From positions 51,894,001 through 51,958,000 of the forward strand of contig OZ024745.1 in NCBI GenBank assembly GCA_964016885.1: a DNA stretch of 64,000 nucleotides, given 5' to 3'. The stretch comes from Eledone cirrhosa (lineage: Eukaryota). How positions within the stretch are numbered: position 1 is the stretch's first letter; every line of letters starts with the position of its first letter. The notes below the pieces were generated by a model. That model saw only the letters and a list, made by a program, of their open reading frames with translations. It was not told where the DNA came from and ran no database searches. Below are positions 1 through 13,680 of the stretch, in pieces. The position numbers and the translations under genes are program-made.

Positions 1-802
1 CATTGCAGTAACTCGAATAGAAATTAAGGCAGCCAAGCCCGATTACTCTTGTCTTATATATGACAGATTTTCATTAGTTAGTTCTAGTGCCATTAGCCAG
101 AGTATTTTATAAACAAACATGCATAGGTATGCATACATAGCCATGAGCCAACACTCACACTTATATATATTAGACTCACACATACACACAAACAGACACA
201 CGCGCACACACACATATCTATATATGTATATTATACTAATGTTATGTAATGTTGCGTATATATATATCTATATGTTATGTTTATGAAGAAAATAGGAAAT
301 ATGTATATTCATTCCATTTATAACGCGTATCTACAAACTTTCTCTCGTTTTCTCAGTTTATATATCTTTATAGATCTGTTTAAGTGAGTTTTCTGCAATG
401 AGACATATTCACTGAAAACGTCCAATATAGTCTATATAGTTGTGGTATTATTAGATTTGCAGTTCTTTGATCACATTATAATACGAAAGAATTTTTAATG
501 ACTTTTAGCCTTATCACTTGTAAAATGATCAAATAAGAGTGCTCATTCGTTGTGGTTTCAGTAACAATCCGGTTGCTTAAAATGATTAGCTAGTGGAATT
601 TAATTGTCGAACAAATCAAGAATACGTAAATATAAACGTGTAATGGCATGTTAAAATCTTCATGTTTGCGACATGGATAATATCAAACATTGTCCTCAAT
701 TATCATATGAGTTTATGAGAAACGAATATTACATAGTAGGTTGAATATAATATATCAGGATGCTGGTAACATAATTTTGCAGAAAAATATTGCACATTCC
801 CA

Positions 803-887
803 CTACGCTATTTAATTAGTTAACTCTTCTTGAGGTGTGAATTTTTACTTCCCACCTCAAGAAGAGTTAAGTAATTAAATAGCGTAG
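803..887. repeat. Fold-back hairpin: 35-bp stem (1 mismatch), 15-nt loop, weaker pairing out to ~762-920
   Basis: ctacgctatttaattagttaactcttcttgaggtg (803-837) is the reverse complement of cacctcaagaagagttaagtaattaaatagcgtag (853-887). Confidence 0.85.
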
Positions 888-2369
888 AAAGGATGTTCCG
901 CAGAATAATAATTACCAACATCTTTCGAAATCATTGCACCAGTGGCTTCTGATATTCTCTGTTTAATGTACCTGATTCAAATGAAGTTTTAGGCTTCTAT
1001 CATCTTATCTCTTCACCCACTCGACATGATCAAAAGCATTGCGTCATGGGCATAGAGGCATGTGTGGTTTTATAAATTCTATATAATGGATATCATAAAT
1101 ATACATATCACACATACACGGTTATCATTTCTATGAATTAGGTTTTCAGAAAATTGACTAACTACCGCAATCCAATATTCTAGATAAAATGGCTAAAATG
1201 CTCTACATGGTTATCAATATATAACCTGAAATTTATTTACAGTTTAATACAATGTGAAGCCTTGTGGCCAATAAAGTACTTTCTTGTAAGGGTCACTTTT
1301 CATTGAAAGTTTGTATTATATGAATACAAAAAGCTCCGAAATTATCGTCGAGCATTTGTGACATTTACATTTGTAGATTTCTTTTAAAATATTAAGTTAC
1401 AAAATTGCAAAAATAAAACCCACCATAATAACAACAAACACGGCTTAAGTACGATCAACTCAATAACGTATAGGCATCCTGTCAAAGAAGGATCGAGAAT
1501 CCATCACCAGAACAACCGCTTTCAAAACAATAATATTAACGGAAACATATACAAAACCGATTGCAGAAACAGTTAGAGCACGATCCCCTACGCAACCAAC
1601 ACTTCACCGTCCAAAAGCAGAACCAAAATCTCAACGGAAAACTCCACTTGTTTATGTTCTTGTCTTATCATATGTTCTTGTCGTCTATTATTTGATTCCA
1701 GCTTATTAAAATCAACTTGTGATGTAACATAATCTAATGCATATTAAAATATATAAACGTTGCCGTGAACATTAAAACTGTCACAAAAGTTTCTATTTTA
1801 TGTGAATGAGATTCTCAAGCATACATCTATATGGAATACGCAGTTACAAAATTTGTCAAAAGACCTTATTTAATCTTTGAGAAGAACACTAACTCTCAAA
1901 ACGAATTCAATATCGTCGACGTTTTTATAAACATACGGAAAATTGAAACTAAATACGAACGCGAACAAATAATAAATATAAGTGTGTAATTGTAGGCGTA
2001 TTTATTCCCGTGTATATTTGTGTATAATTGTCTCCATTAACATCAACGGTTTGCTGTTTTGTTATTTATATGAGCATTCTAACTTTAGCTTTTAAATCTG
2101 TTTCATAATATTTTCTATTCAAACCAACATTATTCTACTATCGCATGTATTTTTATGCGTTTCTCTGGGAATAATGATACAGGGGAATCAGCTATAGCTA
2201 AAAGCTAACGTAGAAGCAAATATATTGTTATGTACAATATGTCGTCGAAAGACGAACAAAACTATTGTTTATCAGCTCAGCTTATACTTACATAGAATTA
2301 ATTAAATGTTTTGGGAGGATAACAATTTGTGTGTGTACATGTATGATAGATAAATAGATACACAGGCAC

Positions 2370-2507
<138 letters not shown>

Positions 2508-4680
2508 AGCTAGTGGAAAGAAACTGAGAGGGATATACACAGAAATTTAAATCTATTGCAGTTTATTTCAAATGTAATTCATATATCTCCACGGGAAGAG
2601 AATCGTATTTGATTTCAAAGCATCTCATTAAACGATGTTGATGCTAACATACATCGTTGTCAGCTTTCAATGAAAATATATAATTAAACTATTTTTTATA
2701 TCTATGAAAGTACATCGAATGAGTATCTGATGGCAACATACTGCTGCGGCAGAGAAATTAAGATGAAGATTAAATCTATAATGTCTTATCGATTTTTAAA
2801 CTTTCTGATTTGTTCAAATATTTCCTTCTGTTGCTCTTGCCAACATATCGACAAAACATGAAATTGTGTGATTTTTAAAATATTCATAATTTCTCTTCTT
2901 TGTCTTCGATAACTTTTAATAGAATATATTGATTTTGTACGTATTTTTTTCAATAAATTGCGAGGAAACCAACAAAACATGACAGGTAATTCTCTTCTAG
3001 AATTCTTTTTCACAATAAAAAGAATATAAGTGATACGTGCGCAACGTAGAAACAACACAATACAAAATTATAGAAGAACATTCTAAAGTGTTCAAAATGG
3101 ATATTTTAAATTCCATGTCTATATCAAAACATCTACTCTTTTACGCATTCACTTGCAGTTTTTCTATCATCCCAAACACCATCAAAACGAAAAATATGCA
3201 ATAGGAATTCAACTAGTGACGTATATCTTAATTTATTCTAAAGCCTTGCAGATGGGATTAAATCAAATTTGAGCAAATTTCACTTGAGACACAAAAATAT
3301 GTCTGGTTAGTCAACTAAAATGTATGAATTATATTAAGCATTCATTTTAGCTATGGTTAGACTCCGAATATTTTCATAAAGAAGGTACGGTTCTCATAAC
3401 CTGCTCTGGCGAAATATCTACTAACATTATATTTCACGGTTGCGATTTAATTAATGTTAATTAGGAAATGATAGATATAATAAAATATCGATAATAATAA
3501 GAAGCAAAGGCAGTGCATATCAAGATGATGACGGCCACTTTAATAATAATTTGCTATTAATAAACATTCTATTAATTGGATTTGCGGATATTACAAACAT
3601 ATTGTAATTCACCGAATTGTATTATAATTATGGAGTCTGAGTGGTGAACAAATCTGTTTATTTTGTACAGTATTGCCTGGATGATGCCATAGCTGCTGTT
3701 GTAGGGCATCGTACAATGTTGTGCAGAACCAATCACCAATAGAAATAAAAATTATTAATTACTTTGCCGTAAACTATGCTCTAAATGTTAAACTATCCAA
3801 TAGCTAGTCAGGCTCACGGATATTTATTTGAAACCAGTCTATTTAAGTTGTATGCTTGTCTGTCTTTGTGACGTTTTGCCTTTGTTTATGTCCTGTATCG
3901 TTAGGATTCTCCAAACGAACGACCAGCCGATATAATCCGCTCAAACAAAGGGGTGTCCTTGCACTCCTACAGTAATAGAGAGACAACATCTATTTAAAAG
4001 ATATAGCAAAACACATATAGGGGATAAACTAGAGAAAGATTTGTTGGTTTGAGTATTTGCAACTAAACCGAATTTACGTCCTATAATGAATACCATTTCT
4101 TTCCTTTTCTCCGTAGATGCAAACATTTTCAATATATATGATTCACAGATTATATCAAAATTCTTTTAAAAATATTAATATTATGTATATTTTTAATGGA
4201 TCATGAACAAATGTTTTTTACAGAAACATTTGTCAAGATGAGGATTTTTAATTTCAGATTTTCTATTTGTTGCATTATTACATTTCTCCTCTGTGTTATA
4301 ATAGTATCCGTACAGCTTATCCATCTTGATTGATTCTTATCCGAATTCAAAAATAATCCAGTTGATAAGAGATTCATTTTATTTCCAAATGTAGATATAC
4401 ATTAAACTTAATACATATATAGTACAATAAGTATGAATTCTACAATGATACCATCAAGAAGATATTCGAGTTTCGATAGCTAATAACTAAAGCGTTCAGT
4501 CTGGCAGTTTGTAATAGATTTATTTTGGAGAGGTTATTGATGATATAATCGATTTCTAAACCTCTGTAACTGTTGTTACCTCCCGATTCCCAAAGGAAAT
4601 CCCCCAAATTATATATATATATATAAAGTTGAAAACGTGGAGAATAACATGGTCAACAGTACAGAAAAGCGAATTTATTT

Positions 4681-4791
4681 ACAGTCTAACAATTGTTTCT
4701 ATGATTAAGTCGTCTAAAATTGCTGGACACTAGAAGCAGTGCCCCTCAATTTCAAATACAATGCTAGGTCGATCAGACCTTCAGAAACTGT
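4681..4791 (-). ncRNA. Type-I hammerhead-like motif with ~80-nt stem II insert (Penelope-like element terminus)
   Basis: Minus strand: acagttt-CTGAAGG-[long stem II]-GAAA-caattg-TT-agactgt, then aataaa; (TA)n ~60 bp downstream; pyrimidine-rich UTR-like sequence upstream (4800-5200). Confidence 0.6.
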
Positions 4792-5209
4792 TACAAAAAA
4801 TATATATAACCAGCAAATTTACAAATTCAAATTACATCATCAATAATATTAATAATAAAGATAGGTAGAAAAAAAGAAAGAAAGGGAGATAGATACAGGA
4901 AAAAAGGTAAAGGAAAAAGAAAAAAGAAAATCAAAACGAAAAAGAAAAAGAGAAAGAAAAAGAAAAAGGAGAAATGAATACAGAGAAAAATATAGAGAGA
5001 AGAAAATATATGGAGAAATGATGGAAGAAAGAGGAGAGACAATCATAAGGAGAAATAACGTAGGAGAGAAAGAAAAATTAGAGGGAAAATAATGATATCA
5101 GCAATAAATGAATAAACGTTAATACATGAATAAATGGAAATAAAAATAAAAATAAATATATAAATAAATAAACACATGAATAAACAAGTAAATAAATAAA
5201 TAAATTACA

Positions 5210-5674
5210 TCTAATCTATATATATAAAACTGAGGTTATCTGTCTACTAAAACCTTCGGCACACATCTCCTCTTAAACCGTACGTTCAATTTCGGTGAAA
5301 TTGCTACACTTATAGATGAAGGTCCGGCGGAGCCATCGGTCAAAACAAGTTTCAAATCGACCCACGCCAAGTGTAAAAATGGAATTTGTAATGTATTGAT
5401 TTTTCAGTTCAAATGTATAAATAGGGATGAGAGACCAGTTATTTCCCTTTTATGGCGTCATTCTGTCTAATCTATTTACGTTACGAACAAACTACACGTA
5501 CAAAAATACGCGAACAGTTTTCGGGCCAGCAAAATTTTAACCTGCAAAATTCCTGAGTTCGAAGTTTCAACATTAAGCTTCCATTTTGCTTCATTTCAAT
5601 TAAAAAGTCTTTTAAAACAATATTTCAGCGCATCAGCCTCGCCATCACCCGAGGCAACGCTACGAGTGTGCTGG
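5210..5674 (+). mobile_element. Possible non-autonomous Helitron
   Basis: Starts A|TCTAATCTATATATATAAAAC; ends with a small hairpin (cgaggcaacgctacg) and CTGG|T, matching the TC...CTRR between A and T pattern. Confidence 0.4.
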
Positions 5675-6116
5675 TTTGCCTCAAAAATCATTAGAGAGGT
5701 TGCCCAGTATTCGTGACGTTGCTGTCTTTTGCTCTGGTGTTGGCTCCGTTGTTCTTCTTTTACATTTTCTTTAATATTGTAGCATTGAAGGAATATATCT
5801 TTCATTGTATCATCCTTTGTAGTGTTACCGAGGCATTTGTAATGTTATTTATGCATACATTTAAAACATATTTGTTATGTTATCCTACTGTAAATTTATT
5901 TATATGCTGTTTATATTTTCATTCTCAAAAATCTACATACATGTTGCAACTCTCTCTAAGAGAGAGAGAGGGGGTATGAGTGAGTGAGTGAGAGAGAAAG
6001 AGAGAGAGAGAGAGCGAGAGAGAGAGCGAGAGCGAGAGAGAGAGAGAGAGATAGAGAGAGAGAGAGATAGAGAGAGAGGGTATGAAAAAAAAGGGAAAGG
6101 GGTTGAGAAAGAAAGA

Positions 6117-6545
6117 AAGTTTAAGCAAAGAATCGTTGCTGTCAACTAATAAATTCAATCTGTTATCGCAGAATTAAATATTTCGAGAAACGTTGCAGCC
6201 GAAGGAAAACAGGAAGACGATATTTTTGTTCGTGAAGACGTTCCCTGGCAATGAACGGAAAAAAAGCGAGGATAATACGTCTTTATGTGGATTGAGAAGA
6301 ACAATTTCATGCAAAGACGAGACCAAGTTTATGGTGTAAATGGAGCCGTTACACTAATATTCTATTTAAAATAACCGAAAAGACGTTCCCTGGCAATGAA
6401 CGGAAAAAAAGCGAGGATAATACGTCTTTATGTGGACTGAGAAGAACAATTTCATGCAAAGACGAGACCAAGTTTATGGTGTAAATGGAGCCGTTACACT
6501 AATATTCTATTTAAAATAACCGAATGATTTCCAGACCCGGAGTTT
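6117..6545 (+). repeat. Unclassified dispersed repeat with an internal 145-bp tandem duplication (6235-6379 / 6380-6524)
   Basis: Near-exact duplication of aagacgttccctggcaatgaacgg...aataaccgaa; diverged reverse-complement copy at ~29985-30386. Confidence 0.75.
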
Positions 6546-6596
6546 AAGAATGATGTAAATAAAATTGTAAACGAAAATGACAGAAGTTATTAAAAT

Positions 6597-6712
6597 AGTT
6601 GTTTCTACTTTTGGCAGAAGGCCAGCAATTATCCAGTACATTACTGGTACTTTATTTTATCGATCCCGTAATGATGAAAGGCAAAGTTAACCTCGACGAG
6701 ATTTTTAACTTT
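6597..6712 (-). mobile_element. SINE family A fragment (tRNA-derived)
   Basis: Matches the reverse complement of the 3' part of 53374-53574 (gtttctact..aaggccagcaatt..actggtactttattttatcga..gatgaaaggcaaagt). Confidence 0.85.
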
Positions 6713-7227
6713 GCCTTAAAATAGTAAAAGTAAATAGTGAAGATTTAGGCCAGTACATACGTATGCGCCGACAGACATACACATACATATACATACGCAC
6801 ACACAAATACATACACACACACACACACACATGTGTGTGTGTAACCCTTATGCATTTCGCCAGTATTTTCACCAAACTTAAGACATAGGTTGCTTATGTA
6901 CTCCGGATTGTCATGTGCACTTTCATTTTTCCAGATATTGATTATAGGGTTCCCCGGCAGATAACCCCTTTAACCACTTTAACCACTTCCTTGGAGTCGA
7001 CTGAAGCACTGCAGTGCAATGTAACACAACGTCATAACTTCTGGAGTTCGCAACTGATTTTCACAAAACTTGACACATGGGCTACGTTTGGTCTATAGAT
7101 GAATGTGAACTCTCAGAATTGACACATATTAAGTGGAGGACCCCGGGGGCAGGAACCCCCTTTTGGAAAAAGCCGATGATATTGTAAGATATAGTTTTCG
7201 AAGCAGCACTGAAGTATTGACATAAAT

Positions 7228-7266
<39 letters not shown>

Positions 7267-7442
7267 GTGTGTGTGTATATATATATTTATCTATATAAAC
7301 ATATATGCAGAGGTTATATTTAATTTGTTGAAATTCAACAAGCTTAAACATTTTTATAACTGATATAAAGAACTCAACAGTGTAGTGGAGTAAATACACA
7401 ATATATTAATAAATGGAAACTATATTTATAAAACCATATTTA

Positions 7443-7504
7443 TTTTATTATACATATTTAAAGGGCAACCAAGGCAAATTATGGTGCGCTTCCCTCAGAT
7501 AAAA
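7443..7504 (-). ncRNA. Degenerate hammerhead-like motif (CUGAGGG...UAAA)
   Basis: ttttat-CTGAGGG-aagcgcacca/tggttgccctt-TAAA-tatgta-TA-ataaaa. Confidence 0.5.
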
Positions 7505-8929
7505 TACAGATTTGTTTTATAAATAAATATTGACATACCCGGAAAAAAAGACAACCTTAACGGTTGGAGCTTCCTGGATAGTGGAGGTAATACATTTATT
7601 GAGGGTGATACAAAATTATGAGTGAGTATGTAAATGAGTGTCCGAAAGGTTGAAAAGATAACGGTTTATTTAAATTAAACTGTTGGAAGAAGGTGATTTG
7701 TAAGGGAGAGAGAAAAAAAGAAAAAAAAAAAAAAAGAAAGGAGAAAGATAGAAGAGTTAAAAAAGAACGATTATATATATTGATAGTGAAAATAGAGTGC
7801 ATGAAGAGATGAGTTTCAAAGTATAAATATACACAGCGTAAGTATATCTAAGTGAGAGAAGAAATGAGAATAACGTGGAAGAATAATATTTATAATGCAG
7901 GATTCATTACGTTTTGATTATAATACTTATAATGATAGGTTCAAAAATTACATTAAAATTAAATTAAAATTAAAAAATTAGAAATCAAAATTAAAGATTA
8001 AAATTAAATATTAAAATTTACCTTAATAATTTAATAATGTAATATCAATAATTAGTTTAAATGTGTATGTTAAGGATTATAAATTATTTAAATAAATAAG
8101 ATAAAAATGTTTAACTTTTTAACTTTATAACATTTAATCCTTAGAGTCATCTGAGTTCTTTCAAAAATCACTTCTAACTTCCTTTACACCTCCTTACGGT
8201 TTTTATATTATAACTAAGTGGTTATTCCTTTGTAAAATCTCGTCAATTTTTCATAAATTTACAATTATTTGGATGTTTAAATTTTTGACTTACAACTTTT
8301 AATAAAATAAACTATACTAGATTTGCTCTAATGTAAAATACTATATATTTATTTGAATAATGTATAATCCATAACATACTCATTTAAACTAATTATTAAT
8401 ATTAAATTAACAAATTAAATCTTTAATATTAAGGTAAATTTTAATCTTTAATTTTAATCTTTAATTTTGATTTCTAATTTTTTAATTTTAATTCATTATT
8501 ATCTAATTTTTCAACCTATCATTATAAGTATTATAATCAAAACGTAATGAATCCTGCATTATAAATATTATTCTTCCACGTTATTCTCATTTCTTCTTTC
8601 ACTTAGATATACTTACGCTGTGTATATTTATACTTTGAAACTCATCTCTTCATGCCCTCTATTTTCACTATCAATATATATAAACGTTCTTTCTTTCCTC
8701 TTCTATCTTTCTCCTTTCTTTTTTCTTTTTTTCTTTTTTTCTCTCTCCCTTACATATCACCTTCTTCGAACAGTTTAATTTAAATAAACCATTATCTTTT
8801 CAACCTTTCGGACACTCATTTGCATACTCACTCATAATTTTGTATCACCCTCAATCCAGGAAGCTCCAACCGTTAAGGTTGTCTTTTTTTTCCGGGTATG
8901 TCAATATTTATTTATAAAACAAATCTGTA

Positions 8930-8991
8930 TTTTATCTGATGGAAGCGCACCATAATTTGCCTTGGTTGCCCTTTAAATATGTATAATAAAA
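8930..8991 (+). ncRNA. Degenerate hammerhead-like motif (CUGAUGG...UAAA)
   Basis: Inverted copy of 7443-7504. Confidence 0.5.
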
Positions 8992-9049
8992 TAAATATGG
9001 TTTTTTAAATATAGTTTCCATTTATTAATATATTGTTTATCTAGATATA

Positions 9050-9128
<79 letters not shown>

Positions 9129-9301
9129 GGGTATTGTCCAGGTATACAAACAAAAGAAACAAGAAAGTTCTCCTACATACACCATACTGGAATATAGCAG
9201 CTTTCTTTCCTATGTTTGTCAACACAATGGAGGCCGTAGAAATTAGGTGTACTTTAAAAAACGTCCAGAAGCATTCGACTGCATATTTGAACTTAAATTA
9301 T

Positions 9302-10127
<826 letters not shown>

Positions 10128-10131
<4 letters not shown>

Positions 10132-10342
10132 CTCAAGGACACAACGTATCGCCTGGCCCAGGAATCGAACTCACAACCTCAACATTGCGAATCAAATTCT
10201 CTAACCACTCAGCCATATATATATATATATGTGGCTGAGTGGGTTAGAGAATTTGATTCGCAATTTTGAGGTTGTGAGTTCGATTCCTGGGCCAGGCAAT
10301 ACGTTATGTCCTTGAGCAAGACACTTTATTTCACGTTGCTCC
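10128..10342. mobile_element. Head-to-head pair of SINE family B copies (tRNA-derived) separated by (TA)n
   Basis: + copy from ~10232: tggctgagtgg (A box) ...gttcgattcc (B box)...gtccttgagcaagacacttt; inverted copy at 10128-10215. Confidence 0.8.
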
Positions 10343-11800
10343 TTCTACCTGGAGTTGTGACCGATAGATAGTATTACCAATTGGAAAGACCAACGGAAAC
10401 ATTGTTTCCTCTGTCCGATTTGACAAAAGTCGATCGTTCCTTTATATATATATATATTGATATATTGGAACATGGTATACACCGAGACATAAACTTATAG
10501 ATAGTTTAACTCTTGGATATTTAACTTAAAATTAAATTTAACTTTAAGTTCAAATATCCAGTCGAATGCTTCTGCACCTTTTTTAAAGTACAGCTAATTA
10601 CTACGGCTTCCATTGTGTTGACAAACATAGGAGAGACAGCTGCTATATTCCTGTATGGTGTATGTAGGAGAACTTTCTTGTTTCTTTTGTTTATATACCT
10701 GGAGAATACCCACTGAATATCCAAATCCGGTGAAGGTGTTACAGCTGACTGTTTGAAAATTCAAGTTTTTACGTAATTATTATTAACTTTCAGCTTTTCG
10801 TGAAACTGGCGCTAGATTGGTTAATTATCGACTTTTTCTTCAGTCCTTTTACCGACTTACCCGATTATCAATTATTTAACGTTAGCTGTAAATTTTGTTG
10901 ACGACGATAATTAATTTGTGGGATATATTAATGAATGGATTTGTGGGATATATTATTGGAGGATTTAACGATCGTTAAGTCGCTGATCTATTGAACTATT
11001 CTTGACTGCACTGATGGTTTGTTAAATGTTAACACCTAACAACCACAATCTGTAAAGATATAGTCTGCATCTGTTTAACCAAAGGTAGCATTGAGTAGGC
11101 CAGTGAGTGGAACGATATTGCAGTACCATATATAATAGCTGCCTATACATAGAGTTTTTATTTTCGTATTTCATCTGAAAAAGTAAATGAATTCATTTGC
11201 TTAAGCTTCTAGTTCATATATTCATGGAAATTGAAAAATAATTGCTTAACACCAACATCATCTGTGTGTCCATATGTGTAATTAATTCTTAATATTTCCA
11301 ATGTTTATACAATTAGTCTGTTACTACTTGTGTAATTGCATCAAACCACCACTTCCACTAATAGATTCATTGAAAATGATTCTAACTTTATCACGAATGA
11401 TCGGGCACCAGTAAGGAAGCAATATATTTAACTGAACCCTTCACTATACATGCCGGATAATTAATTCTCTATATTTGAGCCATATAATGTGAATCATCAG
11501 TCGGTGTTATTTCATTTCATAATGTATCACAACAAAGATAATTGCCATCTTTAGTACTTGTTCTAGAATATGTTAGTGTGATGTACTGTTGATATTGCAA
11601 TTGATATTAATGAACAGGGAAATTAATAATATATAATGGAGAGAAGGCAAAACTTCATTACATAATTTAACTAAGGATGTGGTCAGTGTCCATAAAGTAT
11701 GTAGATCATTTTATACCAGGACCATCGATCTAGGCTTGCTCAGTTTCAAATACTGTGCTTCATCGTATACGTATAATTTCTGCGCTTCATCGTATAACTT

Positions 11801-12688
11801 TGAGGTGTGTCAGAAAAGTTCCAGGACTGATGTCACAAAAGATTTATTGCAGACCCAAATTTCACACTAAGACTTTTCTCCTTCAAAGTAATCCCACTGG
11901 AGTATGTAACTGTAAGCTTAGCGCTCGGCAGCGATCAAACTTTCTTCTTCATTATTTTATATACATGTCCTATATTTCAGGTCGTCAAGGAATGAGTACA
12001 GAGCAACGAACAAACTTGAAAACTCCGTCAGAAGCACTGGGATTGCTGCGGCAAGGGTATGGAGGTCAGACGATGTCGTGCTCACGTGTTTGTGAGTGGT
12101 GCAAGAGGTTTAAAGAAGGACGCGAGGACGTGGAAGATGACCCCAGGGGCGGAAGACCCTCAACAACCAGTACTGAGATCAACGTTGAGCGCGTCAGGAA
12201 GATGGTGCGTAGTGATCGTCGGCTGGCTGTTCGATTGAATGCAAATGAGCTGGGCATGAATCGGGACAGTGTCTGGAAGATTCTCACTGAAGATTTGGAC
12301 ATGCGAAAAGTCTGCACGAAGATAGTGCCAAAACTGCTGAACGATGACCAGAAGGGTCGACGCAAGCAAGTGTGCCAGGACATCCTCGAGGGTCTTGAAA
12401 CCGAAACAGACTTGCTAGTGACAGTCATTACCGGTGTTGATCTTCGAGTACGACCCGGAGGAGACCTGTTTTGAAGACGTGGACGATATCAAAAACGCCG
12501 TGACGATGGAACTGCGGAGGATCCCGGAAGAATCCTTCCAGGAGTGCATGCAAGCGTGGCAGAAAAGGATGGAAAAATGCATTAGACTCCAGGTGGATTA
12601 CTTTGAAGGAGAAAACTCTTAGTGTGAAGTTTGAGTTTGAAATAAATCTTTTGTGACATCAGTCCTGGAACTTTGCTGACGCACCTCG
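11801..12688 (+). mobile_element. Mariner (Tc1/mariner) deletion derivative with ~100-bp inverted termini
   Basis: tgaggtgtgtcagaaaagttccaggactgatgtcacaaaagattta... vs ...ttttgtgacatcagtcctggaactttgctgacgcacctcg followed by TA; transposase remnant inside. Confidence 0.9.
11992..12622 (+). pseudogene. Mariner transposase remnant: HTH domain and C-terminus, DDD catalytic core deleted
   Basis: WCKRFKEGREDVEDDPRGGRPST...DRRL...IVPKLL...VITG..EYDPE joined directly to FEDVDDIK...WQKRMEKCI...YFEG. Confidence 0.88.
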
Positions 12689-12990
12689 TATATGGGCTTT
12701 GTGAATGTACGCCATATATTTTCCTCTATTTGCATTTCTTTTCATAAAAGCAGTATATGACACATATACACACATCCTTATACTACAGTCTTCCCACAGA
12801 ATGATATACTGTATAACGCTGTACTGATGGTATGTGTGTGAAGGCTAAAATGTAACAAAGGAAACCTGAGATATCTTCACGGTGAAAAAAGACTCATAAA
12901 TGAAATGAAAGATATATTAAAGAAAGTAAATGTTGTACTGAGATATTAATACATTTTAAAAGGAATGCATAACTCATTTAATTTTATATT

Positions 12991-13075
12991 AATTGTTTCT
13001 ACTTTAGGCACAAGGCCAGCAATTAACCAGTGCATTACTGGTACTTTATTTTATCGACCCCGTAAGGATGAAATG
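12991..13075 (-). mobile_element. SINE family A 3' fragment
   Basis: aattgtttctactttaggcacaaggccagcaatt...cgaccccgtaaggatgaaa. Confidence 0.85.
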
Positions 13076-13089
13076 CAATATTAATAGCA

Positions 13090-13497
13090 GATGACATCAC
13101 TCTCCGGCCAACAACTGGCCTTTTTTTTCAAGTACCACTTTAGAAGAAGGACTAGAATGGAGAGAGAGGTGCTCTATCCCAGCAAGTTTTATGAAAGATG
13201 GGTGAAAGTAGCGAGAATGGCCCGAGTGAATGGGCCTTCTCTCTATATCAGCCTGTAGGTGAGAGAGGAGAAGAATGAGAATAGGAAGGAAGCACCCGCT
13301 CTTTGTGCTCCTGAAGTGGAGGGTAGCACATTTTTTCGGGGGTGTATGCGACCCATGTCAACGCCCCTCCCTATTGAGGACATCGATTGTTAAATTTAAT
13401 TTGTTATATGTTTTTTACACGGCTTTTTAAATGTATGTAAACTCCCCCCTTTGTATTTGTCCCAATCTTTGATACCCTGGTGGCAAATAAATAGAAA
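13090..13497 (+). mobile_element. 3' end of an L1/Tx1-like LINE
   Basis: Translates LSGQQLAFFFKYHFRRRTRMEREVL...FYERWVKVARM..*, then a UTR and aataaa; resembles the L1/Tx1 ORF2 C-terminal F..RW motif (from memory). Confidence 0.45.
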
Positions 13498-13500
13498 TAT

Positions 13501-13680
13501 ATATCTACTACAAGGAACTCTCTTCCAATCCCTCTCTCTATAGCAAGTAACATTAAACTCTCCCTCTCTCTATATATCTACTACATGGTACTCTTTTCCA
13601 ATCCCCCTCTCACTTTCAATTAGCATTAAACTCTCCCCCTCTCTATATCTACTACACGGAACTCTCTTCCATTCCCCCAC
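13501..13680. repeat. ~72-bp minisatellite, ~2.5 copies
   Basis: atatctactaca..actct.ttccaat recurs at 13501, ~13574 and ~13645. Confidence 0.8.

Larger units (their letters stand above)
7398..9036. mobile_element. Long inverted repeat (arms ~7398-8081 and ~8364-9036) between (TA)n tracts; Penelope-like inverted pLTR structure
   Basis: Arms are reverse complements by eye; each carries a hammerhead-like motif near its outer end. Confidence 0.75.

Noticed and set aside
6840-7230. Possible Helentron/DINE-like internal sequence
   Set aside because: Resemblance only; no termini identified
10232-10300. tRNA gene
   Set aside because: A and B boxes are present, but the sequence continues into a SINE body and lacks a full cloverleaf
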